From contig NC_134034.1 in assembly GCF_964204645.1 (NCBI RefSeq), positions 4,171,814 to 4,235,813 on the forward strand: 64,000 nt of DNA, read 5' to 3'. Below, in pieces: positions 1 through 10,641 of the stretch (its first letter is position 1; each line of letters starts with the position of its first letter). The translations under genes and the position numbers were made by a program. This DNA comes from Tubulanus polymorphus. Lineage: Eukaryota > Animalia > Nemertea. Below the pieces are notes generated by a model. The model did no database searches and was not told where the DNA came from. It saw only the letters and a program-made list of their open reading frames with translations.

Positions 1-233
1 GATATCGTAATTTCGTAGTTTTGTGCTTTTAGAAGTACCCGATTTATTCTGAACGTTGACTCATATAAATAATATTCACATTCAAATAAAAAGTGGATAT
101 AATCGGTTATGAAAAACCTGTCACAGTTTAAAATGCGACGATCATATGAGTTCTATGGAATATTTACTGTGTCTGCAACTGCTGTAGTCTGCGGTTTAAG
201 TTCAACTCATCGCTAGAATACTCCTGGGACAAA

Positions 234-977
234 ATGGAGGCAACCTTTCAAGAAAAACTCGCTAAACGGACCGCGATGTTCGAAGAGGGTCGAGAACTGA
301 TCGAAAATAACCAGAAATTAATAACAGAAGACGGAGGGCGACGCGAGTTTGAATTTTGCGGCGAAAAATTCGTTAATTTTCTCGACGTTTTCTACCTCGA
401 TGGTCACCAGACGCAGGCGTTGAATTTACCGGAAGAGACGGAAGAGGGCGCTAGATTTCTTGAAATCGGATGCGGAACTGGTTGCATCAGTGTCATACAT
501 TATTTACGCAATAAGTCGAAGCTTAGTTACGTGTTGGCCACCGACATCAACCAGCAAGCTATAGAGAATGCTAGGGCGAATTTTGAGCGACACGCCATTC
601 CGGGAGAGGTGCGGTATTCCGACGTTTATGAAAGCATTCGCGAAGGCGAAAAGTTTGATATGATCTTCTGGAATGCGCCCTATAGTTTCGTGCCGATCGA
701 GAAGGCTGATCATCTAACGATGTTGGACCGATCTATGGCCGACCCCGGCTATGAGGCCATCGGTCGATTCGTAACCGAGGCCCACGAACACCTACGCCCG
801 GGCGGTAAGGTTATCATGGGTTTCTCCGCTGGGTACGGTATGCTCGAAGTTCTCGACGAGAAAGCGAAGAAAGCAAACTTGAAACTGAAGAGAATATGGC
901 ACGAATTGGGAAAAATTGGCGACATCGTCGAAGAATCGGAATTGTGGCAAATTCTACCGATCGGCGCCGTAGAGTAA
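234..977 (+). CDS. Class I SAM-dependent methyltransferase, HemK/PrmC-like, intronless
   Basis: 247-aa intact ORF; motif I FLEIGCGTG, ATDINQQA after strand 2, motif IV variant IFWNAPY (NPPY-type), HLRPGG motif. Confidence 0.85.
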   Translation: MEATFQEKLAKRTAMFEEGRELIENNQKLITEDGGRREFEFCGEKFVNFLDVFYLDGHQTQALNLPEETEEGARFLEIGCGTGCISVIHYLRNKSKLSYVLATDINQQAIENARANFERHAIPGEVRYSDVYESIREGEKFDMIFWNAPYSFVPIEKADHLTMLDRSMADPGYEAIGRFVTEAHEHLRPGGKVIMGFSAGYGMLEVLDEKAKKANLKLKRIWHELGKIGDIVEESELWQILPIGAVE

Positions 978-1619
978 CTTTTAGAAAAACGTGTGGGAAC
1001 AATTGTTTCTAGACTTGGACCAATTTTATTTACGTATATTTTCCTTTCTGGCATATCGGATATTGATAACAAAACAAAACTTAGGTGATCGGGGCCTCTT
1101 TGATTTGTGCCTATAGAGAGCAGTACTTTGAGCTTGGATTGATCGAATAGCGCAACGGAAGCAACTAATCGTGACGGATGACATGATGTATCATTTTGGC
1201 AAAGCTCTCAGCTTATTCGATCTCTTCTCAGATGTATGTTGAATGTTTCGTCAAGTGTTTCGTGACCTTGTGGATGGCACCGGGTGTTGGGCGCTATATA
1301 CGTAACCGGTGCCCAGGCGAAGCTATGGATTTATATAAACTGAAAAAGCGCTGAATGCAAACTCGACACGAGAACATTTGGAATGAAGCGATAATCTTTG
1401 AGGAAATGTTTTCTCGGGATGTTGGACTGTGGCAGGTACTAATCAGTACTAAATAACAAAATCATTTCAATATCAAAATCACCCGTCTCGATTGGTTCGA
1501 GTAAGTGTCGACGCTACTAAGTCGATATTTTAAATAATATTTTCAAAATTTGATATATCTTCAGAGATTGTAATGGATATGAGGAAAAAAATGACAACAG
1601 TTACGTATGATGATGAATT

Positions 1620-1689
1620 TGTTTTTGAGTTTCTTTATTATCTTGGCTTTATAGTGTAGACGTGTTTGCTTTGTTTTTGAGTTTCTTTA
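1620..1689. repeat. Left remnant (~1.3 units) of 52-bp minisatellite interrupted by the Polinton
   Basis: GTTTTTGAGTTTCTTTATTATCTTGGCTTTATAGTGTAGACGTGTTTGC(A/T)TT unit, same as the array at 14650-15365. Confidence 0.9.
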
Positions 1690-2310
1690 AGTAATAGGGG
1701 TAATGGGCTTTCAAGCCAAAGGTCGAACGGTCGAGCTCATTGAAAAACAAAACATTAAAAGTAATTTAAAACTATAATATATTTTCATAACCGTGTGCAT
1801 TTCATATTATAACTAAATATTTATTCTAAGATATTAATAATTTAAATTTTAAATGCATATTGTATTAAATCAATTGGTCGCTCCGCTTCGCTGCCGCTCC
1901 GCTCCGCGACCAATTGATTTATTTACAATACACAAATTCATATAATCAAATATATTTTAAAAATAATTATTATTCTATTATTCAACTGAAATGCACACGG
2001 TTATGAAAATATATTATAGTTTTAAATTACTTTTAATAATTGTTTTTAATGAACTCGACCATTCAACCTTTAACCTGAAAGCCCATTACCCCTATTACTC
2101 TTAAAATAATCATATACATGAATAACATTTAAATTGACAGATTATTCAATATAAAAGTGTAAGCTCTTATAGAATAGATATATAGATATATTTACAACAT
2201 TATTTCAATATTTATATTTGTATGAGTTAGATTCTTAAACATTAAAAGTGTTAGTAAAGTGTGATTGAAATAATACATGATATAAATCATTGAACTTCTA
2301 AAATCAATTT
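1690..2310 (+). repeat. Left terminal inverted repeat, containing an internal ~410-nt palindrome (1690-2099)
   Basis: Near-identical reverse complement of 14032-14649; arm 1690-1804 is complementary to 1987-2099. Confidence 0.95.
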
Positions 2311-2332
2311 AGTAAAAAAATATGTATAATAA

Positions 2333-2973
2333 ATGGAACCAGAACAACCACAAACTATCAATATTACAAATAACACTGGCGTCATAAATATATACTACAA
2401 GAAGTGTTCTAAGTGTGAATTAGATAAATTAGCTTTAACAGAATTTAGTAAGCGTAAGATTAGCAAAGATGGTTTTCAATATTGCTGTAAAACTTGTTTT
2501 AAACTATATACCAAACAATACCGAGAAGATAATATAGAACATTGTAATTATTATATGGCAGAATATATGAGAGAAAGATATCAAACAGATCTTAATTTTA
2601 GATTGAAACAATGCTTAAGATCTAGATTAACACAATTATTCAACAAAGAAACACATTCAGAAACACTATCTAATTTATTGGGTTGTTCAGATGAATTTTT
2701 CATATCATAATATATCAATTCGACGATAAAATGAATATAGATAATTATGGTGAATACTTTCATATTGATCATGTGTTACAATTTAACATGAATGATGAAT
2801 ACAATAAAAAACTTATTTGGAATTGGAAGAATCTAAGACCTTTAGAAAAGAAGGAAAACATAATTAAATCTAACAAACTAGATTTACAGTTATATTTAGA
2901 TCAACTGGATAAAGCAAAGACATTTGTTGAATTATGGAACTCAACACATAATGACAAATACGTTGAAGCTTAA
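2333..2973 (+). pseudogene. HNH endonuclease of the large-DNA-virus (endonuclease VII-like) type with N-terminal Cys Zn ribbon; split by a frameshift/stop near 2710-2731
   Basis: CSKC...DGFQYCCKTC, DLNFRLKQCLRSRL, LLGCS, NYGEYFHIDH, NWKNLRPLEKKENIIK motifs across two ORFs in different frames. Confidence 0.7.
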
Positions 2974-3587
2974 GCGCTTAGAAAACCGGTTACTCTCGAT
3001 CTATGTCAAAACGCCTATATGTAATTGTATTAGGTAGTTTACAAAAACATCTGTGCCGTATTTCATATTCAGTTGAATGGGGCGCACCTCATTTGAATAT
3101 TGATCGAATGTGCAATTTCAGTTGAAAAGGATTAATCAATTACATCACAAAGGAACATCTGTTACAATCCAGGCAAACATGCAGAAGTAATTAGTTTGGT
3201 CGAACGTGCGCCACGTCGGCAGTTAGAAATCAACTTTCACATACATAGTACGTATTGGATATTCTCTCTCAAAACACAGTTTACAGTTCTAAATCTAAAT
3301 GTAAGTACATATATTATGAAGTAGGGAAACCTTTAAACGTATTTAAGTACAGTAATTCATTTTCACGATATCTTTTAGATTAAAATGGAACACAAAGATG
3401 AACCAGAAATTCTAAGCCAACCATCGGAAAAGGAACTGATGCTGCTGAATAGTGAAACTCAGGAATCAATAGAAATGGAGGATGAGACTCTCGTAACACA
3501 CTGAAGGTCTTTGTAATATAGATATCAAAAAATGTAATCTCGATTGTATATATCTGTTTTAATATTGTATTGTTTACTGTTAACTAA

Positions 3588-3857
3588 GTATTGCGCAATA
3601 ACCGGTCCGATTGAACCGCTTTTCTATTGTTCTCCATTGTTCTATTATCGATCGTTGTTAATGGCGGCGGTTGTTCTGTATTGATTGTTTACTGTTAACT
3701 GTGTATTGCGCAATAACCAGCTGCTCAATATTGATTGGTTACAGTTCTATGTTTGAATGTTGTAGTTTACAGAATAAAAATATAACTGTGTATTGCGCCA
3801 TAACCGGTCCGATTGGACCGCTTTTCTATTGTTCTCCATTGTTCTATTATCGATCGC
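3588..3857. repeat. ~68-bp direct repeat (3588-3655 and 3790-3857) with partial third copy near 3700
   Basis: GTATTGCGC(A/C)ATAACCGGTCCGATTG(A/G)ACCGCTTTTCTATTGTTCTCCATTGTTCTATTATCGATCG seen twice. Confidence 0.9.
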
Positions 3858-4063
3858 TAAAATTTGTATAATAAATATATGTGTTTATGAAATAATATTT
3901 CCACCAGTCGTTTCGTTGAATTGATTTTCAGTTGAGGATTTATTATCGAGGATCCGAAATGACTTATCAAAAGCAGTGAGGAATGAAAAAGGATGACGTT
4001 AGTCAAAGAAATGGAAGAGGATTCTAAAATGTTAATCAATTTTAATGAATATTTGATTTATAA

Positions 4064-4279
4064 ATGGAAAGGAATGATGAATACAATAAAAAACTTATTT
4101 GGAATTGGATAAATTTAAGACCTCTTGAAAAGAAAGAAAATCAAATCAAATCTAATAAACTAGATTTACAGTTATATTTAGAACAGTTAACAAAGGCAAA
4201 GAAATTTATTGATCAATGGAACAATGATCCAAATAATGAACAATACGTTGAGGAATTTGATATCAAGGATCCGAAATGA
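4064..4279 (+). pseudogene. Duplicated C-terminal half of the HNH endonuclease gene
   Basis: NDEYNKKLIWNWINLRPLEKKENQIKSNKLDLQLY nearly identical to the 2731-2973 ORF. Confidence 0.8.
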
Positions 4280-4587
4280 CTTATCTGGACAGTTATAATT
4301 ACTGCTCCTAATAGATAAACAAAAGTAGTGAGATATCAAATAGAATTCAAATAAAATACATTAAAAAACAATAACTTCAACTAGCCATTATTTCTATTTT
4401 AATTTTTAATATTTTCTTTTACAATTCTTTTGAAAAGAATACTTTATATCACAAATAAAAAATACTAAAAAAACAATAACTAATACTAGAATTCTTTAAC
4501 TTTAACTATCTAGTATTAATCTAAAGAGATACTGGTATCATTTTATAATACTTATAATATTTTTCTTATTAAATTTCTCTAATATAA

Positions 4588-5206
4588 ATGTCAAAGAAAT
4601 CTAATAAGAATAGTATTGATATTGAAAAAACATTAGATGATTTAGGTATTAGTGATAATAAGGATATTCCAACCAAAATTGAAAATAATATTCAAGTTAA
4701 TTGTAATATAGATTATGAATATAGATTATGAATATTTATATTGTAAGCATCATCTAGAACTATTGATTGCTGGCGGAAAATCTAAAGAGTTTTTAAATAG
4801 AATCATTACTTTTCAAGAGTTAGATGCTATGAAATCCGATAAAGTAATAAAATATTTTAAGATTTATGAAGAGGCAAGATTAGCTAGAATAAATGATTCT
4901 ATTTCAGATGGTATTGTAAAATGTTATTCTAAGTTATGTAACCAGTTAATACCAATTGATGATGAAAATAAATTATATAGTGATTTGAAAAATGACTACT
5001 TAGTTATGACTGAATTACAAAAATGGGTTGGTTATGCTTCATTTCAATTAGGATCTGTTATGACATTAATTTCTACTGGTGTCATAACATTTTCGAACAT
5101 CAAACCTATGGAATATAAATCAGGTAAGAACGAAACAGATGTAATACAACCAAACGTCGAAACAGAAAATGAATCAGAACAAAAATTAACTAAAATAAAT
5201 GAGTGA
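4588..5206 (+). pseudogene. Polinton hypothetical protein, frameshifted by a 13-bp tandem duplication
   Basis: ATG at 4588 (MSKKSNKNSIDIEK); AATATAGATTATG duplicated at 4705-4730; removing one copy joins it to the 4715-5206 ORF. Confidence 0.7.
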
Positions 5207-5563
5207 TAGCGTTAAGAAAAAGGTTAGATCTAAAAAACAAATTAAATGGGCAAGAGAATAAGGTAAAAGATCTTCAGAATTAAAAAAAGCTAAGAAAAGA
5301 AATTAACTGATATAAATGAATCACAGACTTTATCTGATATTGATTCAAATAATAATCCATCTGATTCTTCTAATGCTGGAAGTAATTATAAATTATATAT
5401 TACAATTGGATTAGTAACAGTTATTATATTATCCGGTGTAATATATAAATCAAAATTCAAATCTGATAAAGATGATTCCAATGACAATAAACCTATTATA
5501 CCAGGAAATAAGTCAAATCATAAAGTCATTGAAACTAAATCTAAATTATTATTAATGGATTAA
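5199..5563 (+). pseudogene. Small basic single-pass membrane protein of the Polinton (in-frame stop at 5259 plus frameshift near 5300)
   Basis: MSDSVKKKVRSKKQIKWARE*GKRSSELKK then LYITIGLVTVIILSGVIY hydrophobic segment; tightly packed between neighbouring genes. Confidence 0.6.
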
Positions 5564-5569
5564 AATAAG

Positions 5570-6699
5570 ATGAAAAAAGAACAATATTTAAGAGATTTAT
5601 ATTATAACCCAGAAAGTGAAGTATCATATTCTAACGTTTCAGAATTATGGAATAAAATTAAATCTGATAAGGAAAATGGTAATGGTGCCGTACGGCACCC
5701 ACACGGTGATATAGAATATAGTGAATTAAAATCATGGTTACAAAATCAACCAACATATCAAATCCACAAGAAAATGGATAAAACTTATTTAACAAGAAAA
5801 GTTATGGTTTCATATATCGATCAACAATGGCAAGCAGATTTAATTGACATGAAGAACTTAGAGGAATACAACAAAGGATATTTCTGGATACTGAATGTTA
5901 TAGACATATTCAGTAGATACGCGTGGTCAATTCCAATCAACAATAAAACTGGTATAGAAGTGACAAATGCTTTTAAATCTATATTTAAAGAAGCTATTCC
6001 AGATAAGATACAATTTGATGAAGGTAAGGAATTCTATAACAAACATTTCAAAAAACTATTATCTGATAACGATGTAGATTATTTTTCAACACATTCAGAT
6101 AAAAAAGCATCTATTATAGAAAGATTTAATAAAACATCGAAAACTAGAATGTGGAAATATTTTACTGCTAATGAAACATATAAATATATCGATGAGTCTA
6201 TAAATATATTAGATGATTTAGTGAAAGGTTATAATAATTCTAAAAATAGTTCTATAAATATGAAACCTATACAAGCTAGAAAAGAAGATAATTCGGAAAT
6301 AGTTTGGAATAATTTATATGGTGCGTTTGTTACACATGATTTCGGAGAACCTAAATTTAAAATAGGACAACTCGTAAGAATATCTAAATATAGAAAACCT
6401 TTTATAAAGGTTATACCCCTAATTTTACAGAAGAAATATTTAAGATTAAAAAGATAATATTAACTAAACCTTTTGTTTTTAAATTAGAAGATCTAAAAGA
6501 TGAAGAAATATTAGGTTATTTCTATGAACAAGAATTATCACTTGTACCAAATCCAGATGAAATAGAATACAAAATAGAAAAAGTATTGGAAACAAAAACT
6601 CTTAAAGGAAAAAAGTATTCTTTGGTGAACTATAAAGGATACGATGATAAATTTAATGAATGGATTTTATCTAGTAAAATTAAAGGAATAAATGAATAA
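5570..6699 (+). pseudogene. Retroviral-type (rve, DDE) integrase with C-terminal chromodomain; one frameshift near 6400
   Basis: WQADLIDM, IDIFSRYAW, QFDEGKEF, IIERFNKT catalytic motifs; shifted frame continues KGYTPNFTEEIF...YFYEQEL...YKIEKVL...LVNYKGYDDKFNEWI to TAA at 6697-6699. Confidence 0.92.
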
Positions 6700-7100
6700 A
6701 GATTTATTTATATTTGAACCGCATAATATGTTAGTTACTGGTGGAACCAACTGTGGTAAAACACATTTCATATTAGATTTGTTAGAAACTATTTATAAGA
6801 ATCATTTTGATAATATAATATTATTCTGTCCTACTTATGAAATGAATAAAACATATAATAGAGATATAGTTAAGATAAAAAAGTTTATTATATTAGATCC
6901 TAAAACAGTAAAAGAAAATTTAGATAATTGTATTAAAATAGCAATTGATACTTATAAAGGATCAAATACATTATTCATTGTAGATGATTGCGCTAATTTA
7001 CATGATTCAAAAGTGAGAGAAAGTGAGTTATGTTATCTAGCTTTCTCTGGAAGACATTTCGGGATAACAACATGGGTTTTAAATCAAAAATATAATTCAA
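6692..7100 (+). pseudogene. A32/FtsK-like DNA packaging ATPase, C-terminally truncated by a deletion
   Basis: Walker A GGTNCGKT, Walker B LFIVDD, SGRH and VLNQKY motifs; similarity stops at ~7100, where the ORF runs into the antisense of another gene. Confidence 0.85.
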
Positions 7101-7867
7101 TTATTTTTATACTTATTCTTCATCCTTTTTACCGCATCATCAATAGTTGTTTCATTGTTATGCTTATTCATCCAATCAATTTTATAATTATTTTCTACTT
7201 TATGTTTCATAGAATCTTTAATATCAATATGCTTATCTGTAACTATATCTTCATTATTATCTTTATTAGTGTTTGCTCCTAATATTTCATTTACAGTGTT
7301 TGGTTTTAATATTTCATTAGCATCGGTTAGATCTAATTCATCTTTATTAGGTGTTGCTAATAATAAATCTTCATATATTTTTTCACCATTTACTTTTTGA
7401 TTTGAAACAAACTTTGTAACATATCTAAATGGGTGTTCTATAAATTCTTTTAAACCAACACGTTTTATAACATTAGTAATATGTACCTTTGTATTCATAT
7501 GTTTATTCCAATTTGATGGAGCGTTTGAAAATTCACCTTTACAATATCCACAATAATTTCTATTTTCACTAAAATTTAATATTATTTCATTATTAGATGT
7601 AGAAGGTATTACATTATTAGATGTAGAAGGTATTACATTATTAGATGTAGAAGGTATTACATTATTAGATGTAGAAGGTATTACATTACTTAAATTATCA
7701 ACAACACCACTTTTATTATTATCGATTTCTATTAGTTTAGTTTTATAAATTTTGAAAATAGGATCAAATATCAAAGCTATATTACAAGGTATTACATAAT
7801 ATAAACCATCATTATTTTTATGTGTATCGATGTATGGAATATGTTTATATACTTAACCTCCTTCCAT
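7097..7867 (-). pseudogene. C2H2 zinc-finger protein of the Polinton, decayed 5' end and probably truncated 3' end
   Basis: YCGYCKGEF...WNKHMNTKVH finger; likely start at TAAATG 7867 followed by stops; stop codon supplied by ATPase sequence at 7097-7099. Confidence 0.55.
7588..7688. repeat. 24-bp in-frame tandem repeat x4 (NNVIPSTS)
   Basis: CATTATTAGATGTAGAAGGTATTA four perfect copies. Confidence 0.95.
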
Positions 7868-7899
7868 TTATTATATAAATTTTCATTAAAGTTAAAATT

Positions 7900-9147
7900 T
7901 CAATACATAACACTATTCAATTGAGAATTTACAATATTTAATTGCGCGTCAGATATAATATAAATATGCATTTTAAAATTTAGGCTTCCTTTTTTCTTTG
8001 TCATGAATAATTGTATTCCATCTTTAGTGTTTTGTAATTTTTTTCCAGAACCATGTAATGAATTATCCTCTGTTGTTCTAAAATCTAACCATAATGCATA
8101 TTTATTACCGGTATGATAATCAATTTGATTAATATTACAATTTTCAGATGATTTTACTTTTTCATTCATAAAATGTTTTCTAATTTCTGGCCATTGATCA
8201 ATCATTCTCATTCCTTGACAAAATATTTTATTTGCTATTCCTTCGATAGTTATTTCTACTTTTGTTATTTCAGGATTATAATACTTATCAACCTGAATTG
8301 CACCATTAGAATATGTTGCAATGGTAAAAAATATTAATATACCTTTAATAGATCTTCTTGGGAAGTTAATATTCTCATTGATAATTTCATCATTTGCATT
8401 AATAGTTATAGTTTTAAATTTATTAATATAATCGTATAATAATGAAAATCCTTGATTGTATTTAGTTTGAATTATACTTGAAATATTTTCATCAGTTACT
8501 GTATCCTATTCTAAACATATATTCGATAATTTATTACTCATATCTTTAACAACGCTAGATAATACAATTTCATTTACAGGAGCAAATGTTATTTCGAATA
8601 TAACATCTTCTTGAATTGGGTATTTATGTAAAGGTGCATTATTATTTATCAATTCAAAGTCTAATGGAATTTTATATTTGCTTCCATAAATCTTTTTTAT
8701 CAAATTATCTGCGGTACGAGTTACTATTGCGTCATTAGCTCCTGATCTTAATTTATTTTGGTTTTCTGATTGGATGCCTTGAAATATCATATTATTTCTA
8801 TTTTCTTTAGTTAACCATAAATCTTTATAATGCATAAATAAATTATAATCATCTAATGAGAAAACTGTTTCTGGACCAATCTTTATTGTTAATTTTTTAA
8901 TCAAATATCTTCCAACATTATCAACAACATAATTATTATTATTACCGATTACTTTTATATCGGCTGATAAATAAATACTATTTGGAACATAAAAAGTATT
9001 TTGTGTTAATCGAGGAATTCAAACATATAAAGTTTCATCAGGATTAATATTAGAAGGGTTATGAGTAATTGTATGATGTGATCTTTCTGCTTTAATAGCA
9101 TTAGATATTCTATGATTCTTAGAAGGATTGATATAACTCCCACTCAT
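7900..9147 (-). pseudogene. Probable major capsid protein (double jelly-roll type), ~415 codons with two in-frame stops
   Basis: ORFs 8506-8904 and 7900-8211 and the upstream MSGSYINPS...THNPSNINPDETLYV segment are one frame; stops at 9019-9021 (TGA) and 8506-8508 (TAG); beta-rich motifs YKDLWL, KIPLDF, ALWLDFRT, LHGSG, SDAQLNI recalled from invertebrate Polinton capsids. Confidence 0.75.
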
Positions 9148-9167
9148 TTATTTAACAAAAAAATTAA

Positions 9168-10618
9168 TTATTTATTTTTTGATATCATATTTACTAGCCC
9201 AAAAATAATTGCACTTACAACTGTAATTAAAAATAAAATAATATGTTCAGCAGCAAAGTTAATAATGTTTCCTGCAGATTTCAATATAAAACCAACAATT
9301 GATGCAATAACTCCTGGTAATGCTGCAGCAGATTTTTTAGATAGTTCCCATAAATATTTTGCTAATTTCTTTAAACCATCTTTAACTTTATCTTGTATAG
9401 AATTATTATCATTCGGGGGTTTATCTGGTTTATTGGGAGTAGGAGTAGATTTCAAAGCATTTGATATTGCTAAACCAATTGTTGTAAATAACATAGTTAC
9501 AGCTGTTAGAATTGAAAGAATTGTTATTCCTTCAAACTTAAATAATAATTTTATTCTATCTTTTAGCGATATGTCAGAATTTGGTTTTAGTATTAACTCT
9601 TTAACAACAACTTTTAATCTATTAATACAATAATCATATGATTTTAATAATAATTTCATTTTTTCTTTCTGAAATTCTATGTTATATTCTAAATCATCAA
9701 TTTCTTTTTCTAAATATGCATTTCTTTTTTTAAATTCAATTTCTTCAATAACTTTAAATTCTCTATCTAATTTTAATTGTTCTAATTCTTTTCTGGTGTC
9801 AAATAATTTATTTTCTAAAGGTTTAATTTTATTATATCTAATATGTTTTTCGCGCGCATTTTTATCAGCTTCATCTCGTATACTTATTATTTCTCTAATT
9901 AAATACTTAAAGCTTCTATTTCTTGATCTGTTGAATCAAGTAATCCCTTCGTTAAAAGTTTTTCAGTTTGAACTTCAGTGTTTGATTTAAGTTTACTAGT
10001 TTTGGAAGTTATATTCTGTTCAGAAGTTGTTTCTGTTTCTGAATTTTTATTGATTATTTTTAATAAGTCATCAATTTTTTGACTAAATACTCTTATATTA
10101 TCATCTCTTTCTTCTTGTGTAACATCAGTTATTTCATTACTATTACTTATTCTTTTAATTTTATCTGGATCTAATTTTCTCAAAGTTGATTCCGCTAATA
10201 TTTTATTTAGTCTTGTCTTTTGATTAGTGATATCAATATAATAATCACCATCCAAACGATAATAATATTTACCTTTAAAAAGTTTTAATTTTTCTACTAA
10301 AAGTTCAGCATCTCTATTACTTATATTATACCCAGATCTTTCAAATGCAGGTTTGAAATTATAAATATATTCATTATAACCTATTCTTTTTTTTGCTAAA
10401 TATGGATTTAAATTTTCAGTAGGTATTCTCAATATAGTTTTTCTAGCATATTCATCTGTGGATGGGGCTTTAGAACCACTATCTGCTAAATTAGAATTAT
10501 ATGCTGATTCATTCCCATCATCAATATTAGTTTCTGCATCATTATAATCATAATCAATATATCCTTCATTATTATTTCCCATGCCTTCCATTTCATAATC
10601 TTCTCCGCCTTCTGCCAT
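9168..10618 (-). pseudogene. Coiled-coil protein with C-terminal hydrophobic/amphipathic helices (membrane-active virion protein candidate); one frameshift near 9900
   Basis: 9899-10618 and 9168-9659 are bridged by an open coiled-coil frame (IRDEADKNAREKH...LEKEIDDLEY); C-terminal EGITILSILTAVTMLFTTIGLAI and AAAALPGVIASIVGFIL segments. Confidence 0.7.
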
Positions 10619-10641
10619 TTACATAATAAAAAAAACAAAAT

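Noticed and set aside
234-977. Methyltransferase as Polinton cargo
   Set aside because: Outside the TIR/TSD boundary and much more GC-rich than the element
7100-7282. Hydrophobic C-terminal tail on the ATPase ORF
   Set aside because: Read-through into the antisense of another gene after a deletion junction
9112-9990. Plus-strand ORFs 9112-9633 and 9679-9990
   Set aside because: Antisense shadows of the minus-strand viral gene
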